From Bradymonadia bacterium (GTDB lineage Bacteria; Myxococcota_A; Bradymonadia; UBA7976; UBA1532), in NCBI GenBank assembly GCA_046290225.1, contig JBKAGE010000035.1:96001-160000 (forward strand): a stretch of DNA of 64,000 nucleotides, read 5' to 3'. How positions within the stretch are numbered: the stretch's first letter is position 1; each line of letters opens with the position of its first letter. A program made the position numbers and the translations under genes. This document shows positions 31,405 through 43,900 of the stretch, in pieces. The notes beneath the pieces are model-generated. The model did not search any database, was not told where the DNA came from, and saw only the letters and a list, made by a program, of their open reading frames with translations.

Positions 31405-32580
31405 ATGCAGATCCCCGCTCCGATCAACCCGCCCGCCCGGACCCTCATGGGCCCTGGCCCCTCTGACGTCGCCCCTTCAGTCTCCCGCGCTCTGGCAGCC
31501 CCCACCGTGGGTCACCTCGACCCGGTCTTCTTGCAGGTCATGGACGAGGTCCGAGACATGCTCCGGGTGGTGTACGGCACCGAGAACGCGCTCACCATGC
31601 CCATGAGCGGCACCGGCTCTGCGGGCATGGAAACCCTCTTCGTCAACCTGCTGCAGCCCGGCGACAAGGCCCTGATCGGCGTGAACGGTGTCTTCGGCAC
31701 CCGCATGTGCGAGGTGGCCCGCCGCTGTGGCGCCGAGGTCACCGTGGTGGAGGCCCCCTGGGGCCGAGCCATCGACCCTGAAGACCTGCGTGCAGCGGCG
31801 AAGTCAGGGGGCTTCAAGGTGATGGCCCTGGTACATGCCGAGACCTCTACGGGGGTGCATCAAGATCTGACCCCCATGCGGGCCATCGCCGACGAGGCGG
31901 GCGCCCTGCTGCTCACCGACTGCGTGACCTCGCTCTCGGGGCAGCCGGTGAACCTCGACGCCCATGGGGTGGACGCAGCGTACAGCGGCACACAGAAGTG
32001 CTTGTCGGCCCCGCCGGGCCTGGCGCCGGTGAGCTTCTCTGATCGCGCTGTCGACGTGTTGTCGAACCGCGCTCAGCCGGTGCAGAGCTGGTACCTCGAT
32101 CTCAACCTCATCGCCCGCTACTGGGGCGGCGAGCGGGCCTACCACCACACCGCGCCGGTGAACATGGTGGTGGCGTTGCACGAGGCTCTGCGTCTGGCCC
32201 TCGAAGAAGGCCTCGAAGCCCGTTTCGCCCGCCACGCCGCCAACGGTGCAGCCTTGCGCGCCGGCGTGGCGGCCATGGGGCTCAGCCTGCCCGTGCCTGC
32301 CACTGAGCGCCTCGACCAGCTGACCCTGGTGGAGATCCCCGACGGGGTGGCCGACAAGGCTGTTCGTGGTCATTTGCTCACCCACCACGATCTCGAGATC
32401 GGCGGGGGCCTGGGCAAGTTCGCCGGCAAGGCATGGCGCATCGGCCTCATGGGTCACGCCAGCAGCCGCCGCAACGTCCTGCTGGCCCTCTCGGCCCTCA
32501 AGGGCGCCCTCATGGCTCAGGGTTTCATCCCTGCAAACGATCCCATCGCCGCAGCAGAGCAAAGCTGGAGCAGTAAGTAA
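31405..32580 (+). CDS. Class V PLP aminotransferase (alanine-glyoxylate/serine-pyruvate type)
   Basis: [44 protein letters not shown]. Confidence 0.92.
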   Translation: MQIPAPINPPARTLMGPGPSDVAPSVSRALAAPTVGHLDPVFLQVMDEVRDMLRVVYGTENALTMPMSGTGSAGMETLFVNLLQPGDKALIGVNGVFGTRMCEVARRCGAEVTVVEAPWGRAIDPEDLRAAAKSGGFKVMALVHAETSTGVHQDLTPMRAIADEAGALLLTDCVTSLSGQPVNLDAHGVDAAYSGTQKCLSAPPGLAPVSFSDRAVDVLSNRAQPVQSWYLDLNLIARYWGGERAYHHTAPVNMVVALHEALRLALEEGLEARFARHAANGAALRAGVAAMGLSLPVPATERLDQLTLVEIPDGVADKAVRGHLLTHHDLEIGGGLGKFAGKAWRIGLMGHASSRRNVLLALSALKGALMAQGFIPANDPIAAAEQSWSSK

Positions 32581-32718
32581 CTCCACCCCCCTGGTTTGGG
32601 GTGTAGTCCTCACCTACCCCCACCATCAAGCTCACCCATTCTCTTGTCGTAACACCCATTCAGGAGTGGTGCGCAGCCGACAGGCTTCGTACGTCAAGTT
32701 GCTGAGGTGGGTGAGCAC

Positions 32719-35226
32719 ATGTTCAAGAACCTTTCATTGAGTTGGAAGATCCCTGCGCTGTTGGTCTGCTCGGGGTTTTTGGTGGCGTCGATCAGCGGGG
32801 TGGTAGGGTACCAAAACGCGACAAAGATCCTCGAACACCAAGCCAAAGAGCATCTCGAGTCGCTGACACAGTCGCGCCGCTCGGAGCTGGAATCTTATCT
32901 GAAGTCCATCGACGAGACGCTGGCGATCAGCGCCGGAAACGCGCAGGTGAAGGCGGCGTTGAGCGAGTTCGGTGCGGCATGGGAGAAGATCGAGGGGCCA
33001 GAAAAGACGCTGCAACGACTGTACATCACCGAGAACCCGAACCCCACAGGCAAGAAAGAAGAGCTCGACTTCGCCTCTGACGGCTCTGAGTACAGTGCTG
33101 TGCACAAGCGCCACCACATCTGGTTCCGCGACCTGCTGCGCCGCCAGGGGTACTACGACATCTTCTTGTTCAACACCGAGGGTGATCTCATCTACACGGT
33201 GTTCAAAGAGCTCGATTACGCCACCAACATGAACACCGGCGAGTGGAAGGACACTGATCTCGCCAACGTGTTCCGAGAGTCGCTCGCGAGTGGCCAGCCC
33301 GGCTTCGTCACCTTCAAAGACTTCAAGCCCTACGCCCCCAGCCACGGCGCTCCGGCGAGCTTCATCGCGACGCCCGTCATCGGCGACGGCGGACAGACCA
33401 TCGGGGTGCTCGCGTTTCAGATGCCCATCGACCGGCTCAACGCCCTCATGGGTCGCACCACAGGCCTCGGCGAGACGGGCGAGACCTTCATTGTGGGCAC
33501 CGACACGCTGATGCGCAGCCAGGCCCGCGGGGTAAAAGAGTCCACCATCCTCACCCAGTCGATCAAGCTCAGCGCCGTGAAGGAGGCTCTCAAGGGCACG
33601 AAGGGCGTCACCTACGACGCAGACGTCGAAGGCCGAGACTTGCTGGTGGCCTACGACAGCCTGAACTTTTATGGCACCACCTGGGCCTTCATCGGGCAGC
33701 AACGCCTCGACGAGATCATGGCCCCCGTCAGCACCCTACGCAACGAGACGCTGGTGGCCACGGCGCTGTTGATGTTGGTGCTCGGGGTGGTGGGCTTCTG
33801 GTTGGGCCGCGGTCTGGTGGGCCCACTGATGCGGCTTCAGGGGCGCATGTCCACCCTCGCCGAAGGCGACGTAGACTCGGACATCCCCTATGTGACTCGC
33901 CGCGAGGAGATGGGGGCCATGGCCCGTTCGCTCCAGGTGTTCCAAGCCAATGAGCGCGAGAAGCGTAAGTTGCAGCTCGAGCAGGAGGCGCTCCAAGAGC
34001 AAGCTGAGCAAGCCCGCGTGCTCGCCCTGCGCACCATGGCCGACACCCTGGAGAGCGAGACTCAGGGGGTGGTGAAGGGGGTCTCCGGATCCGCCCGGAC
34101 CATCAACAACAACGCCCGCAACCTCACCCAGGCCTCGAGCCGGGTGAAGGACAACGCCAACGCCGTGGCCGCCGCTGCCCACGAGGCGCTGGTCAATGCC
34201 GAGAATGTGGCCAACTCCACAGAGCAGCTGTCGGCCTCAGTGCAGGAGATCGCCAATCAGGTGGCACACTCCTCACAGATCGTGCGCTCTGCGGCAGAGG
34301 AAGCCGAGAGCGCCCAGTCGGTGGTGGGCCAGCTCCAAGCCAGCGCCGACGAGGTCACTCAGGTGTTGGGGGTGATCTCGGAGATCGCAGAGCAGACGAA
34401 CCTGCTGGCCTTGAACGCGACGATTGAGGCCGCCCGGGCTGGCGACGCAGGCAAGGGCTTCGCCGTCGTCGCCGACGAGGTCAAGAGCCTCGCCAGCCAG
34501 ACCGCGAGCTCTACTGAGGAGATCGGCCGCCAGTTGCAGCAGATGCGCTCGATCACCACCGAGGCGGTGAAGGCGATCCAGAGCATCGGCCAGACCATCT
34601 CCGAGGTGCACATGTCGAGTGAGGCCATCGCCACAGCGGTGGAGGAGCAGTCCGCATCGACCTCGGAGATCGCTCGAAGCGTGGGCGAGGCCGCCAATGG
34701 CTCTCGTGAGGTGACAGCTCGCATCGCCGAGGTGTCCACGGAGGCCATCTCCGTAGCCGACACGGCGGCGGTCTTCAGCGAGAGTTCACAGATTCTGGAG
34801 TGTGACGTCGACTCCTTGAAGTCGACCCTGACCCGCCTGGTCCGCACAGCGGTCGCCGATGTGGACCGCCGCGCTCACACCCGCTTCGAACTGACCCGCG
34901 AGTGCCGCATCGAGATGACCACTGGCCGAGTGTCGAGCACGGTGGGCAACATCTCACTGGGTGGCGCCCGCATCGCCTGCAGCCCACCGCTGACGGAGCA
35001 CGCTCGGGGGACGATGTACGTCAGAGGTATCGAAGAGATCCCATTGGACTTCGAGGTGGTGGGGGTGCACAAAGACAACGCCCACCTGCGCTTTATCCTG
35101 AACGCCGACACCCGGATGGCGCTGGAGGCGACCTTCGACGGGTTCATCGCCGCGAGCGGAGGTACAGTGGACTCGGAGCCCCGGCGCCCGAGTCAAGCTC
35201 AGGCAGCACAACACGCAGCGTTCTGA
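32719..35226 (+). CDS. Methyl-accepting chemotaxis protein (Cache-type sensor, HAMP, signalling domain) with C-terminal PilZ domain
   Basis: Two TM helices, [46 protein letters not shown] and NISLGG. Confidence 0.9.
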   Translation: MFKNLSLSWKIPALLVCSGFLVASISGVVGYQNATKILEHQAKEHLESLTQSRRSELESYLKSIDETLAISAGNAQVKAALSEFGAAWEKIEGPEKTLQRLYITENPNPTGKKEELDFASDGSEYSAVHKRHHIWFRDLLRRQGYYDIFLFNTEGDLIYTVFKELDYATNMNTGEWKDTDLANVFRESLASGQPGFVTFKDFKPYAPSHGAPASFIATPVIGDGGQTIGVLAFQMPIDRLNALMGRTTGLGETGETFIVGTDTLMRSQARGVKESTILTQSIKLSAVKEALKGTKGVTYDADVEGRDLLVAYDSLNFYGTTWAFIGQQRLDEIMAPVSTLRNETLVATALLMLVLGVVGFWLGRGLVGPLMRLQGRMSTLAEGDVDSDIPYVTRREEMGAMARSLQVFQANEREKRKLQLEQEALQEQAEQARVLALRTMADTLESETQGVVKGVSGSARTINNNARNLTQASSRVKDNANAVAAAAHEALVNAENVANSTEQLSASVQEIANQVAHSSQIVRSAAEEAESAQSVVGQLQASADEVTQVLGVISEIAEQTNLLALNATIEAARAGDAGKGFAVVADEVKSLASQTASSTEEIGRQLQQMRSITTEAVKAIQSIGQTISEVHMSSEAIATAVEEQSASTSEIARSVGEAANGSREVTARIAEVSTEAISVADTAAVFSESSQILECDVDSLKSTLTRLVRTAVADVDRRAHTRFELTRECRIEMTTGRVSSTVGNISLGGARIACSPPLTEHARGTMYVRGIEEIPLDFEVVGVHKDNAHLRFILNADTRMALEATFDGFIAASGGTVDSEPRRPSQAQAAQHAAF

Positions 35227-35241
35227 AGCGTGCCCTGAGGC

Positions 35242-37047
35242 TCAGCTCAGCCCCTCGTAGAACGCCTCGATCTCTGCGGCGTACTTCTCGTTCACCACCT
35301 TCCGCTTCACCTTCTGCGTCGGCGTCAGCTCCCCGGTCTCGGGGGTGAAGTCCGCAGGCAGGATCGTCCACTTCTTGATGGTCTCGTACTTCGCCAGCTG
35401 GGCGTTGGCCTTTTCGACCTCGGCCTGGATGTAAGCCAGGAAAGCCTCGTGCTCCACCAGCTCTTCCGGCAGGGTGGGCCAGCCGTTGGCCCAACCCAGG
35501 GCAGGGCCCTGCTCGGGCTCGATGGTGAGCAGGGCGCTGAGGAACTTGCGACGATCGCCGATGACCACGGCGTGGCCCACGCCCTTGATGGCCCGGAGCA
35601 GCTTCTCGATGCTCTGAGGGGCCACGTTCTTACCGCCGGCGGTGATGATCAGATCCTTCTTGCGATCGGTGATGCGCAAGAAGCCGTCGCGGTCGAACTC
35701 GCCGATGTCACCAGAGTGCAGCCAGCCGTCGATGAGGGTCTCCGCCGTGGCCTCGGGCTTCTTGTAGTAGCCCTGGAACACGTGGCGGCCCTTCACCAGG
35801 ATCTCGCCGTCGTTGGCGATCTTCACCTGGGTGTTGGGGAAGGTCAGGCCCACGGTGCCCATACGGCGGCGGCCGGGGAAGGGCTGGTTGAAGGTGGTGG
35901 GGCCACAGTCCTCGGACTGGCCGTACACCTCGTGGATCGGCAGCCCGATGGACATGAAGAAGTCGAGCACGTCGCGGCCGATGGGGGCCGCGGCGGTGAC
36001 GGCGATCTTCATGCGATCGAGGCCCAGCTCGTTTTTGACCTTGCTGAAGAACAACGTGTCGGCAATGGAATACTTGATGCCGGCAAAGACACCGGGATCA
36101 CCATCGGTGAACATCTTCATGCCCACCTTGAGGCCCACCTGCATCGACCAGTCTACGATGGCCTTCTTGGCGCCGGTGGCCTGACCGAGCTTGGTCTCGA
36201 GGGCGGCCTTGAACTTCTCCCAGACACGAGGCACGGCGATCATGAAGGTGGGCCGCGCGTCGACGAGGGTGTCCTTGAGCCGGATCATGTCGTCGCAGAA
36301 CCACACGGGGTACCCGGCGGTGATGGCCAGGTGGATCGTGAACATCTGCTCGGCGATGTGGCTCAGGGGCAGGTACGACACCACGCAGTCGTCCTCGGCG
36401 ACGGCGCCGAGCATCTCGATGGCGTTCGAAGCGGCGAAGGACAAGTTGTCATGGCTGAGCATGACCCCCTTGGGCTCACCGGTGGTGCCGCTGGTGTAGA
36501 TGAGGGTGGCCAAGTGCTCGCCCTTGAACTCGTCGAAGCGATCTTCGAGCTCGTCGAGGAAGGGCCGCCCGGAGTCGAGGAACTCGGTGAAGGTCATGAT
36601 GATGGGATCTTTGATGCCTTCACCATCGTTGATCATGACCACGCGCTTCACGTGGGGCAGATGCTCACGGGCCTCGACGAACTTGTCCCACTGCAGCTTG
36701 TTCTCGAGGACCAACACCTTGGCCTCGCAGTGGTGGGCCACGTACTGCATCTGCATGGGCTTGAGGGTCTGGTAGATGCCCGTGGCCACGCCGCCGGCGC
36801 ACATGGCGCCCACGTCGGCGATGACCCACTCGGGGCTGTTATTGCCCACGATGGCCACGGCGTCGCCGATCTCGTAGCCCTCGGCGAGCAAGCCACCGGC
36901 GAACAGGCGACACCGCTCGGCGTAGGTGCGCCATCCGATGGAGTGCCACACCTCACCGCTGGAAGTCTGAACCCGGTACCACAGGGCGGGGCGATCGCCC
37001 TGCCGCTGACCCTGACGCATCAACCGATCTGGAATGGATTGCCGCAC
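35242..37047 (-). CDS. Long-chain fatty acid-CoA ligase (AMP-binding)
   Basis: IYTSGTTGEPKG, YLPLSHIAE, YGQSE, GWLHSGDIG, DRKKDLIITAGGKN. Confidence 0.92.
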   Translation of the reverse strand: MRQSIPDRLMRQGQRQGDRPALWYRVQTSSGEVWHSIGWRTYAERCRLFAGGLLAEGYEIGDAVAIVGNNSPEWVIADVGAMCAGGVATGIYQTLKPMQMQYVAHHCEAKVLVLENKLQWDKFVEAREHLPHVKRVVMINDGEGIKDPIIMTFTEFLDSGRPFLDELEDRFDEFKGEHLATLIYTSGTTGEPKGVMLSHDNLSFAASNAIEMLGAVAEDDCVVSYLPLSHIAEQMFTIHLAITAGYPVWFCDDMIRLKDTLVDARPTFMIAVPRVWEKFKAALETKLGQATGAKKAIVDWSMQVGLKVGMKMFTDGDPGVFAGIKYSIADTLFFSKVKNELGLDRMKIAVTAAAPIGRDVLDFFMSIGLPIHEVYGQSEDCGPTTFNQPFPGRRRMGTVGLTFPNTQVKIANDGEILVKGRHVFQGYYKKPEATAETLIDGWLHSGDIGEFDRDGFLRITDRKKDLIITAGGKNVAPQSIEKLLRAIKGVGHAVVIGDRRKFLSALLTIEPEQGPALGWANGWPTLPEELVEHEAFLAYIQAEVEKANAQLAKYETIKKWTILPADFTPETGELTPTQKVKRKVVNEKYAAEIEAFYEGLS

Positions 37048-37097
37048 CGCTGCTCGTCTCCTGTGTGAGGACCTCTGAATTTCGTGATGTCGCTTGG

Positions 37098-37967
37098 CTA
37101 CACCTTGCCGTCTGCGGTGGCAAGGGCCTGATACAGCTCGGGGCGCCGGTCTCTGAAGAAACCCATGCCCGCCCGGGCCCTCGCCAGGGCCCTCCGATCG
37201 AACCGCGCCACCCGCACCCCGGTCTCGTCGCGACCCATATCAGCCACCAAATCACCCCCCGCGTCGGCGATGAAGGAGCTGCCGTAGAACAGCTGCCCCG
37301 ACTCGTCGCCCACTCGATTCGACGCGGCCACGGGCATCCAGTTGCTCACGGCGTGGCCGATCATGGCCCGGCGCCACGGATCTCGGGTGTCGAAGCTCGG
37401 ATCGTGGGGCTCGGCGCCGATGGCTGTGGGGTAGAGCAGCAGCTCGGCCCCCATGAGGGCCATGGCCCGGGCGGCCTCGGGGAACCACTGATCCCAACAG
37501 ATGCCCACGCCGATGGGCCCCCCGGCGGTCTGCCACACCTTGAAGCCGGTATCCCCAGGCCGGAAGTAGAACTTCTCTTCGTAGCCAGGGCCGTCGGGGA
37601 TGTGGCTCTTGCGATACACACCGAGCTGGCGCCCGTCGGCGTCGATGACCGCGAGGCTGTTGTAGTAGGCCTGCCCAGCCCGCTCGAAGAACGACACAGG
37701 CAAGACCACCTGCAGCTCCGCGGCGAGGGCCTGCATGCGGGCGAGGGTGGGGTGCGACTCGACGGGGTGAGCGAGATCGAAGGCCTCTTCGATCTCTTCC
37801 CGAGGGAAGTACAGCCCCTCGAAGAGCTCTGGCGGCAGGATGATCTTCGCCCCCTGCCCCGCGGCCTCTCGGATCAACGCCTCGATCTGATCGACGTTGG
37901 CCGCCGTGTCGGCGCCAAAGGCCGCCTGGATGATGCCCACGCTCAAGTGGGTTGGGGTGCTGTCCAT
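37098..37967 (-). CDS. aguB: N-carbamoylputrescine amidase
   Basis: ELF, YRKSHIPDGPGYEEKFYF, GICWDQWFPE, YPTAIG.EP. Confidence 0.9.
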   Translation of the reverse strand: MDSTPTHLSVGIIQAAFGADTAANVDQIEALIREAAGQGAKIILPPELFEGLYFPREEIEEAFDLAHPVESHPTLARMQALAAELQVVLPVSFFERAGQAYYNSLAVIDADGRQLGVYRKSHIPDGPGYEEKFYFRPGDTGFKVWQTAGGPIGVGICWDQWFPEAARAMALMGAELLLYPTAIGAEPHDPSFDTRDPWRRAMIGHAVSNWMPVAASNRVGDESGQLFYGSSFIADAGGDLVADMGRDETGVRVARFDRRALARARAGMGFFRDRRPELYQALATADGKV

Positions 37968-37969
37968 GC

Positions 37970-40900
37970 TCAACGCTCCAGGAGATCGACGGCGAGCCGG
38001 CGGTGAAACTCCACCTCGTCGGCGTCGGTGATCTCGTCGTGCCAGTGGTTGAGGGCGGTGTAGATCATCGACGCCACCAAGGCGAGCTCACGGGGCGCGA
38101 TGGCCTGCTCTGCACGCACAGCCTTCATGAGGGGCTGCAACAACGCGTGATCAGGGTTGATGGCGCACCCTTCACCGCTGGCGGTGACCACAGGTGCGTT
38201 CCGTCTCAAGGGGTAGGCCTGCATCTTCAATCGATCGAGGTGCAGGTTGGCCAGCAGCTCGGCGTTGCCTCCGCGGACGCGCTTGAGGGTCTGACGGATG
38301 GCCTCCAGCACTCTGATCTCGGGATCTTCAGGCTGAGACGCCGCCACAGGCTCCGATGCCTGCGAGGCCTTCGCGGGCGCCTCCTCGTGCCACAGAGCCA
38401 GATGCACGAGGCTGTGTGGCCTCTCGTTGAGTGCGGTGAGCACGCTGATGAAGGCGCCACCTTCCACGGCATAGACCGGCACGTCGTACAGATCTTCGAG
38501 GAGGGCGCGCTCGATCCGGCCCATGGCGCTGCCCTCTCGGCGCTCTTGCTGCCTCAACACCGTGACGAGGTGACGCAAGAGCCCTCTCGCCTCCTGTTTG
38601 GCTGCACGCTCCAAGCTGTCGTTCTGAAGCGCTTCGGCGAGATCTCGATAGAGATCGGCCCCCTGACGCTCGAGATAGATGCTCTGATCACGGGTGAGCA
38701 GCGGGGTGCCCTGCTCGATGTTGATGGCTGGCCCCTCGATGGATCCGGCGATGGGCACGGACATCGACGTCCGGGCGAGGGCGCGGCCTTCTTCGCCAAA
38801 GTCGACCGCAGGGTGCTCGGCGTCGAGGGGCAACCAGATCTCACCTCGGAGGCCCCGGTTGTCCACGAGCGTGTGGCCCAGGGTCTGCTCGGGACGCTCT
38901 GGCAAGGGCGGCGCCTTGGTGCGCGCAGCATGGCGCCGGGCAAGCCGGTGGTGATGCTCGGTGTAATCCTGGAAGGCGCCGAAGAACTTCTCCAGGCGCT
39001 TGCGCACGTGAAAGTCGGCGATGAGGACGTGCAGATCAGCCTCTACAGGGGCCTCGATCTCCGGCATCGACGGCAGAAACCGCACCTTGCCTGCCCGCTC
39101 AGCTGCACCGGCGATCGCCTCGAGGCTGGCGAGCGTGCCGTCCACCTGAGGCAAGATGGGCAACTCCCGCAGGCTCTTCAGCAGCCCCTTGCGAGCCTTC
39201 AACGCGTTGGCGCTCTCCAAGGCGAGGTGATCGAGCACGTGCAGACCAGCCTCTTGCCGCTCTGCCTCGGAGAAGCCCGCCCAGGCTTCGAGCACAGCCT
39301 TCATCAGCGCCTTCGGGCTGTCGACGAGGGCCTCGACCATCGCCGTGAGCGCAGGATCATCGCGCCGGATGGCGAGCTGTTCGTCGAGCTTCAACCCAGG
39401 GTGATCCAGGGCGCCGACGAGGGCGCGGCCGTGGGCCACAGTGTGGGTCTGGATCGTCTCCACGTGCCGACCTCGGGTATGCACCATGAGCTGCACGTCG
39501 GTGTGTCGCGGGTGAGGCGTCGTCAGCGCCACAGCGCCTGTCACCGGGCCGCCCTGATCTTCGGAGATGTCGATGGGCACCTCGACGAGCACCCGCTCTG
39601 GCGGCGGCGCGACATCCACCTGGGGCCGCGCTTCGAATCGCGACAACGCCGCCTGACGACGGGCCCACGCCCCAGCGCCGAGGAGGGCCTCACCAAAGAC
39701 CTCTCTCAACAACGAGGCCGACATCTCGCCAAGGGCGATGACAGGCTGCTCGAGATGCTCGGCCCCTGCGCTGTCGGCATACAGCACCGGCGAGCCAGCG
39801 GTGAGCGGCGCACACAGCGCCATGAGGTGGACCGGCCCCTGCTGGCTCGGCCAGATGGGGCGCAGCGCCAGCGCCTCGATGAAGGCCAGCGCCGCAGGCG
39901 GCACCTCACCGGCCCCATCGTCTCCTGGCGTCTCGAGATCACTCCGTTGCCTCGATCCCGCATCCCGAGCGACGGCGGCCACAGAGGTGGGGTCAAGCTC
40001 TCCCCCGCCGGCAAGCCGGCTCTCAATGGCCTCGGCGACAGCCTTCGGGCCGTGGCGCCGGGTGATGCGCATCATCCGGGCCCACTCTTCGACGAGCCGC
40101 TCAGGGGCAGCCTGATGTCGGGCAGCCGCCCATCGGAGATACACTGGCTCAGGGGCGAGAAAGCCCGTAGCCCGACACACAAGCGCCCAGGGCCCACCGG
40201 GCACGCGCTGGCCCCGTGACCGCGCACCGACGAGCTTGCTGACCACCTCGGGCACCAGGTGGGCGAGGGCGTGCCAGGCCTCACGCCTCAGCCCGTCCAT
40301 GCCCCTCTCTACGGCGCTCCAGTGAAGATCGGGTATGAGGGTGTCATCGTTGATCGCAGCAGCGACTGGCCCGATGACGTGATCGGACCGTAGATGATCG
40401 AGCGGGCGGCGGTTGCGCCAGGCCCAAAGCTGCTCAATGGATCCGAGATCTCTCACGGGCGCTCCGAGCACACCGGATCGGCGCCCTTCGATCTGCACCT
40501 GCACCCACATCTCGTCGCTCAGGTACGGATCTCGCGGCCACTTCCCGAAGAAGATCTCTGCCTGATCGCATTGCCGCCGCACCTCGGCGCTCGACAACGC
40601 GCTCGCCGAGGTGAGGGTGGCTCGGCTGTCGCCATGGGGCCACAGCAGCGGCAGCTTCTCGAGGGTGTTCGCGTACAGCCGCCGTGCTGCACGATCGAGC
40701 TGGTTGCGCTTCTGGGCCTCTCGGAACACGAGGGCCAGCTCGAGCAGCACGCGACGGGCAGGTGTCGCCCGCGGATCGTCCTCAGCGAGCCACTGGGGAT
40801 AGGCCTCAGCCAACAGGGTGTACAGGCGATGACCCGCGAGCTCCACCGCTCGACGGCCGCCATCGCCCAGAGCGGCGCTCTGCCAGCTCTCGTCCACCTC

Positions 40901-43900
40901 GACCCGCCGACCCCAGAGCGTGGCGGAGACAGGGTACCGCCCAAAAGCCTCGATGGTGGCCACGGCAAGGCCATCTCCTCCGAGGGTGAGCCTGCGAGGA
41001 TCGTGCGCTTGCTGCCGGTGGAGGTACACCGCCCCCTCGAGGCCGTCTTCCGGATCAGTCAACGCCAGTTTCACCAGCACAGCGTCGTCTTCGGGGATCG
41101 TCAACGGCTCCAGGCTGGCGCGGCGCTGATGGGCTTTCTGATCGAGGGCCCACCGCTCGGAGTAGTCCTGCAAGGCGCCGAAGATGCGCCTGAGCGCCTC
41201 CTGCTCGGCGTCGCTCTCCACCCACAACACCCTGCGCTCCGGATCGACGGGCGACTCTCCCTCTGGAGCGCCGTGAGGCATGTAGAGCAGGGCACCTTCT
41301 CGGGCCCGGCTGCGGGCAGCTTCTTTCAGGGAGATCGTCGGCCCGTTCACCGTGGGCAAGCAGGGCACATCGGCCATCGCCACGCCCGCTTCGGTCTGGA
41401 GCGCCCGATGGCTGCCTTGTCGAGCGAGGGTGTAGAGCACATGGTGCAGCGCCACTTTCCGGTACGCCGGGTCGAGCTCGGGCCATCGCACCACCAGGGC
41501 CTTGATGAGATCAGCTCGGGCTCGCTTGCAGCGTCGGAGCACCCGCTCCAGGGCCGGGCCTTCTGCCACCCCATCGAGATCGTCGTTGAGGGTGAGCCGC
41601 ACATCGTCGATGGCCGCCACCAGCCCTGGATCAGGCGCCGGCGCATGGCCCAGGGGCCGCTTCTCGCGATACACCCGCAGCCCCTCGGGATCAGGGGCGT
41701 CATTCACGCCGAGCTGAAACCGCGACGACAGCCCCACGATGCCGTCCATGCCCACGCCGGTGCGGTTGCCGTCGCCGATGTCGAGGGTGACGAGGGCATC
41801 GCCTGGGGCCAGAGCCACCTCGGCCACAGGGCGGGCGGAGAGCGCCCACTGTCGTCGGGCCTGCTTGAGCCAGTCCGTGGCATCTTCGAAAGACTCAGCC
41901 CCGAACAAACGCTGGAGCAACTCGCGCTCGCTCTTCCCCGGGACCAGCACGAGGCGCTCGGGCTCGAACTCGCAGCGCACCGCCTCGGAGATGTAGAGCT
42001 TCGACTTCGGCGACCAGCTGCGGATCACGTGCAACAGGCTGCACAGCGGTTCACGTTGTCCTGTGGGGGCGTCGCTCTCCGGTGGACCCGCCACGGTGAA
42101 GAGAGGCGCACTCAGCAGCGCCATCAGCGGCCGCGGCGGACCGACCTCGGCCTCGGGCAGCAACGGCCACAGCGCGATCTCGCCGATGGATTCGAGGGCG
42201 TCGCGCATGCCCTGGGCGCTGCGCTTGCGCATGATCAGGGGCAGATGCTCCGGATCACCTTCCACTGCTCGGACCAGTGCGGCGTAGGTGATCAGGGCCG
42301 AGTCGAGGGTGGTCTCACTCTGGTCATCGTCCACCTCTTCCACGAGCCAGCTCAGCGCCCGAATCAACGCTGGATCAGGTACGTATGCCCTCAGGGCCGC
42401 CATGAGCCAGTATCGATCCGAACGGAGCGCCCCCCGCTCGATCACCGCCTCGACGAGGGCGGGCACAGCGCCGAGCACCTGCTCGATGACGGCGTCGTAA
42501 TCAGAGCCCGTGACGATGTCGTCCAGCGAGAGCGTCGACATCAACCGCTCATCGACGAGCGCCACGTGAAAAGGCCCCAGAGGTGATGTCTCTCCCCGCT
42601 GGGTCAGATGTCTACTCTGCCAGAAGACGTCCACCTTCATGGCCCCCCCAGGGCGAGGCACGCTGTGCACGTCGATGGCGCGTTGGGACACCCCGAGCAC
42701 GGCCTGACCCGTGGGCCAGCTCACCGACACCGGCGCCATGGCCCACTGCTCCCCTTCTCCTCTCAAGGCCAGGGCGGTGGTGGTGTTGCGCAGGCGCCAC
42801 AGCCGCACCCGCTCAGACCAGTCCACCGCCTGTTGAAACGATGCACCAGCGTCGACAGCTTTTTGCAACGTGGGGAAGTGCGGGTGATCGACCAAGTGGA
42901 GCTCGGAGGTCACACGGCGCCATGCCTCGGCGGCCTCTCGGGGCAGGCTGGGCACAGCAGGGGCCTCGGGGCTCGTGGACACCCAGTCGATCAAAAGTCG
43001 CCCGATGCGCTGGCGTCGATCCTCCGGCGCCTCGCCGTACTCACCGATCAGCGCACCGTACAGCTTCATCGCGGCGTTGACGAAGCGGCGCTCCAGATCA
43101 TCGCTGAGCCCAGCATGACGCCACGAGGCGTCGACGTCGACGCCTGCCCCTGTCGCGACGGCCATACACGGCAAGTGCGGGTGAAGTTGAACGTGGTCGA
43201 CCACATGACCGTGCTTGCACACCGCCACTCGATCCACCTTGAAGGCTGACGTGCCCTGAGGCAGCGCCCCCTCGGGCACCAACGCCACCCATCCTTCACC
43301 GCCAGGCCAGCTCAAACGCTCCACGGCGAGGGCGGCCTCGGGCACCTCGGGCTGTCGCGCCGTGTGCCGCTGACGACCATGGGCCACAACTGCGGCCTTC
43401 ACCTCGTTCTCCACCAGCGTCGGTGGGGCGAGGCCGGCCCTGAGGGCGTCGCGGCTCTCCACGTCGAGGCGCAGCACCACCCGATCATGGAGCCAGACCG
43501 ACAAGTCAGAGGGTCGGAGCACGGGATCTGGCAACTCGATGTCGCCCATCACCGCCTTGGGGCGCTCACCGTCGAGGTGATCTCTCAGCGCCGAGATCGA
43601 CCACCACTTGCCTGTGAGATCGCGAAAGCACGGGGTGCGTAACAACGCCCCATGACGTTTGCCCGTACGCTGCAATGCTTCGTACACGCGGGGCAGAAAG
43701 TGTGGGTGGGGCTCGCGCACATCGTCCACCGCCTCGGCGAGGCGGGCCATGAGGGCGTCAGTGGCCCTGATGACGGCCTGATGGATCTTTCGACGCCCCG
43801 TGTCCCGGGCGATGGTGGTCAGCTCGGCATCCGCCATGTCTTCGGGGACCTGCAGGCGTGCCACCCGGTGCTTGAGATCGTGATACGTCAAGCGACACAG

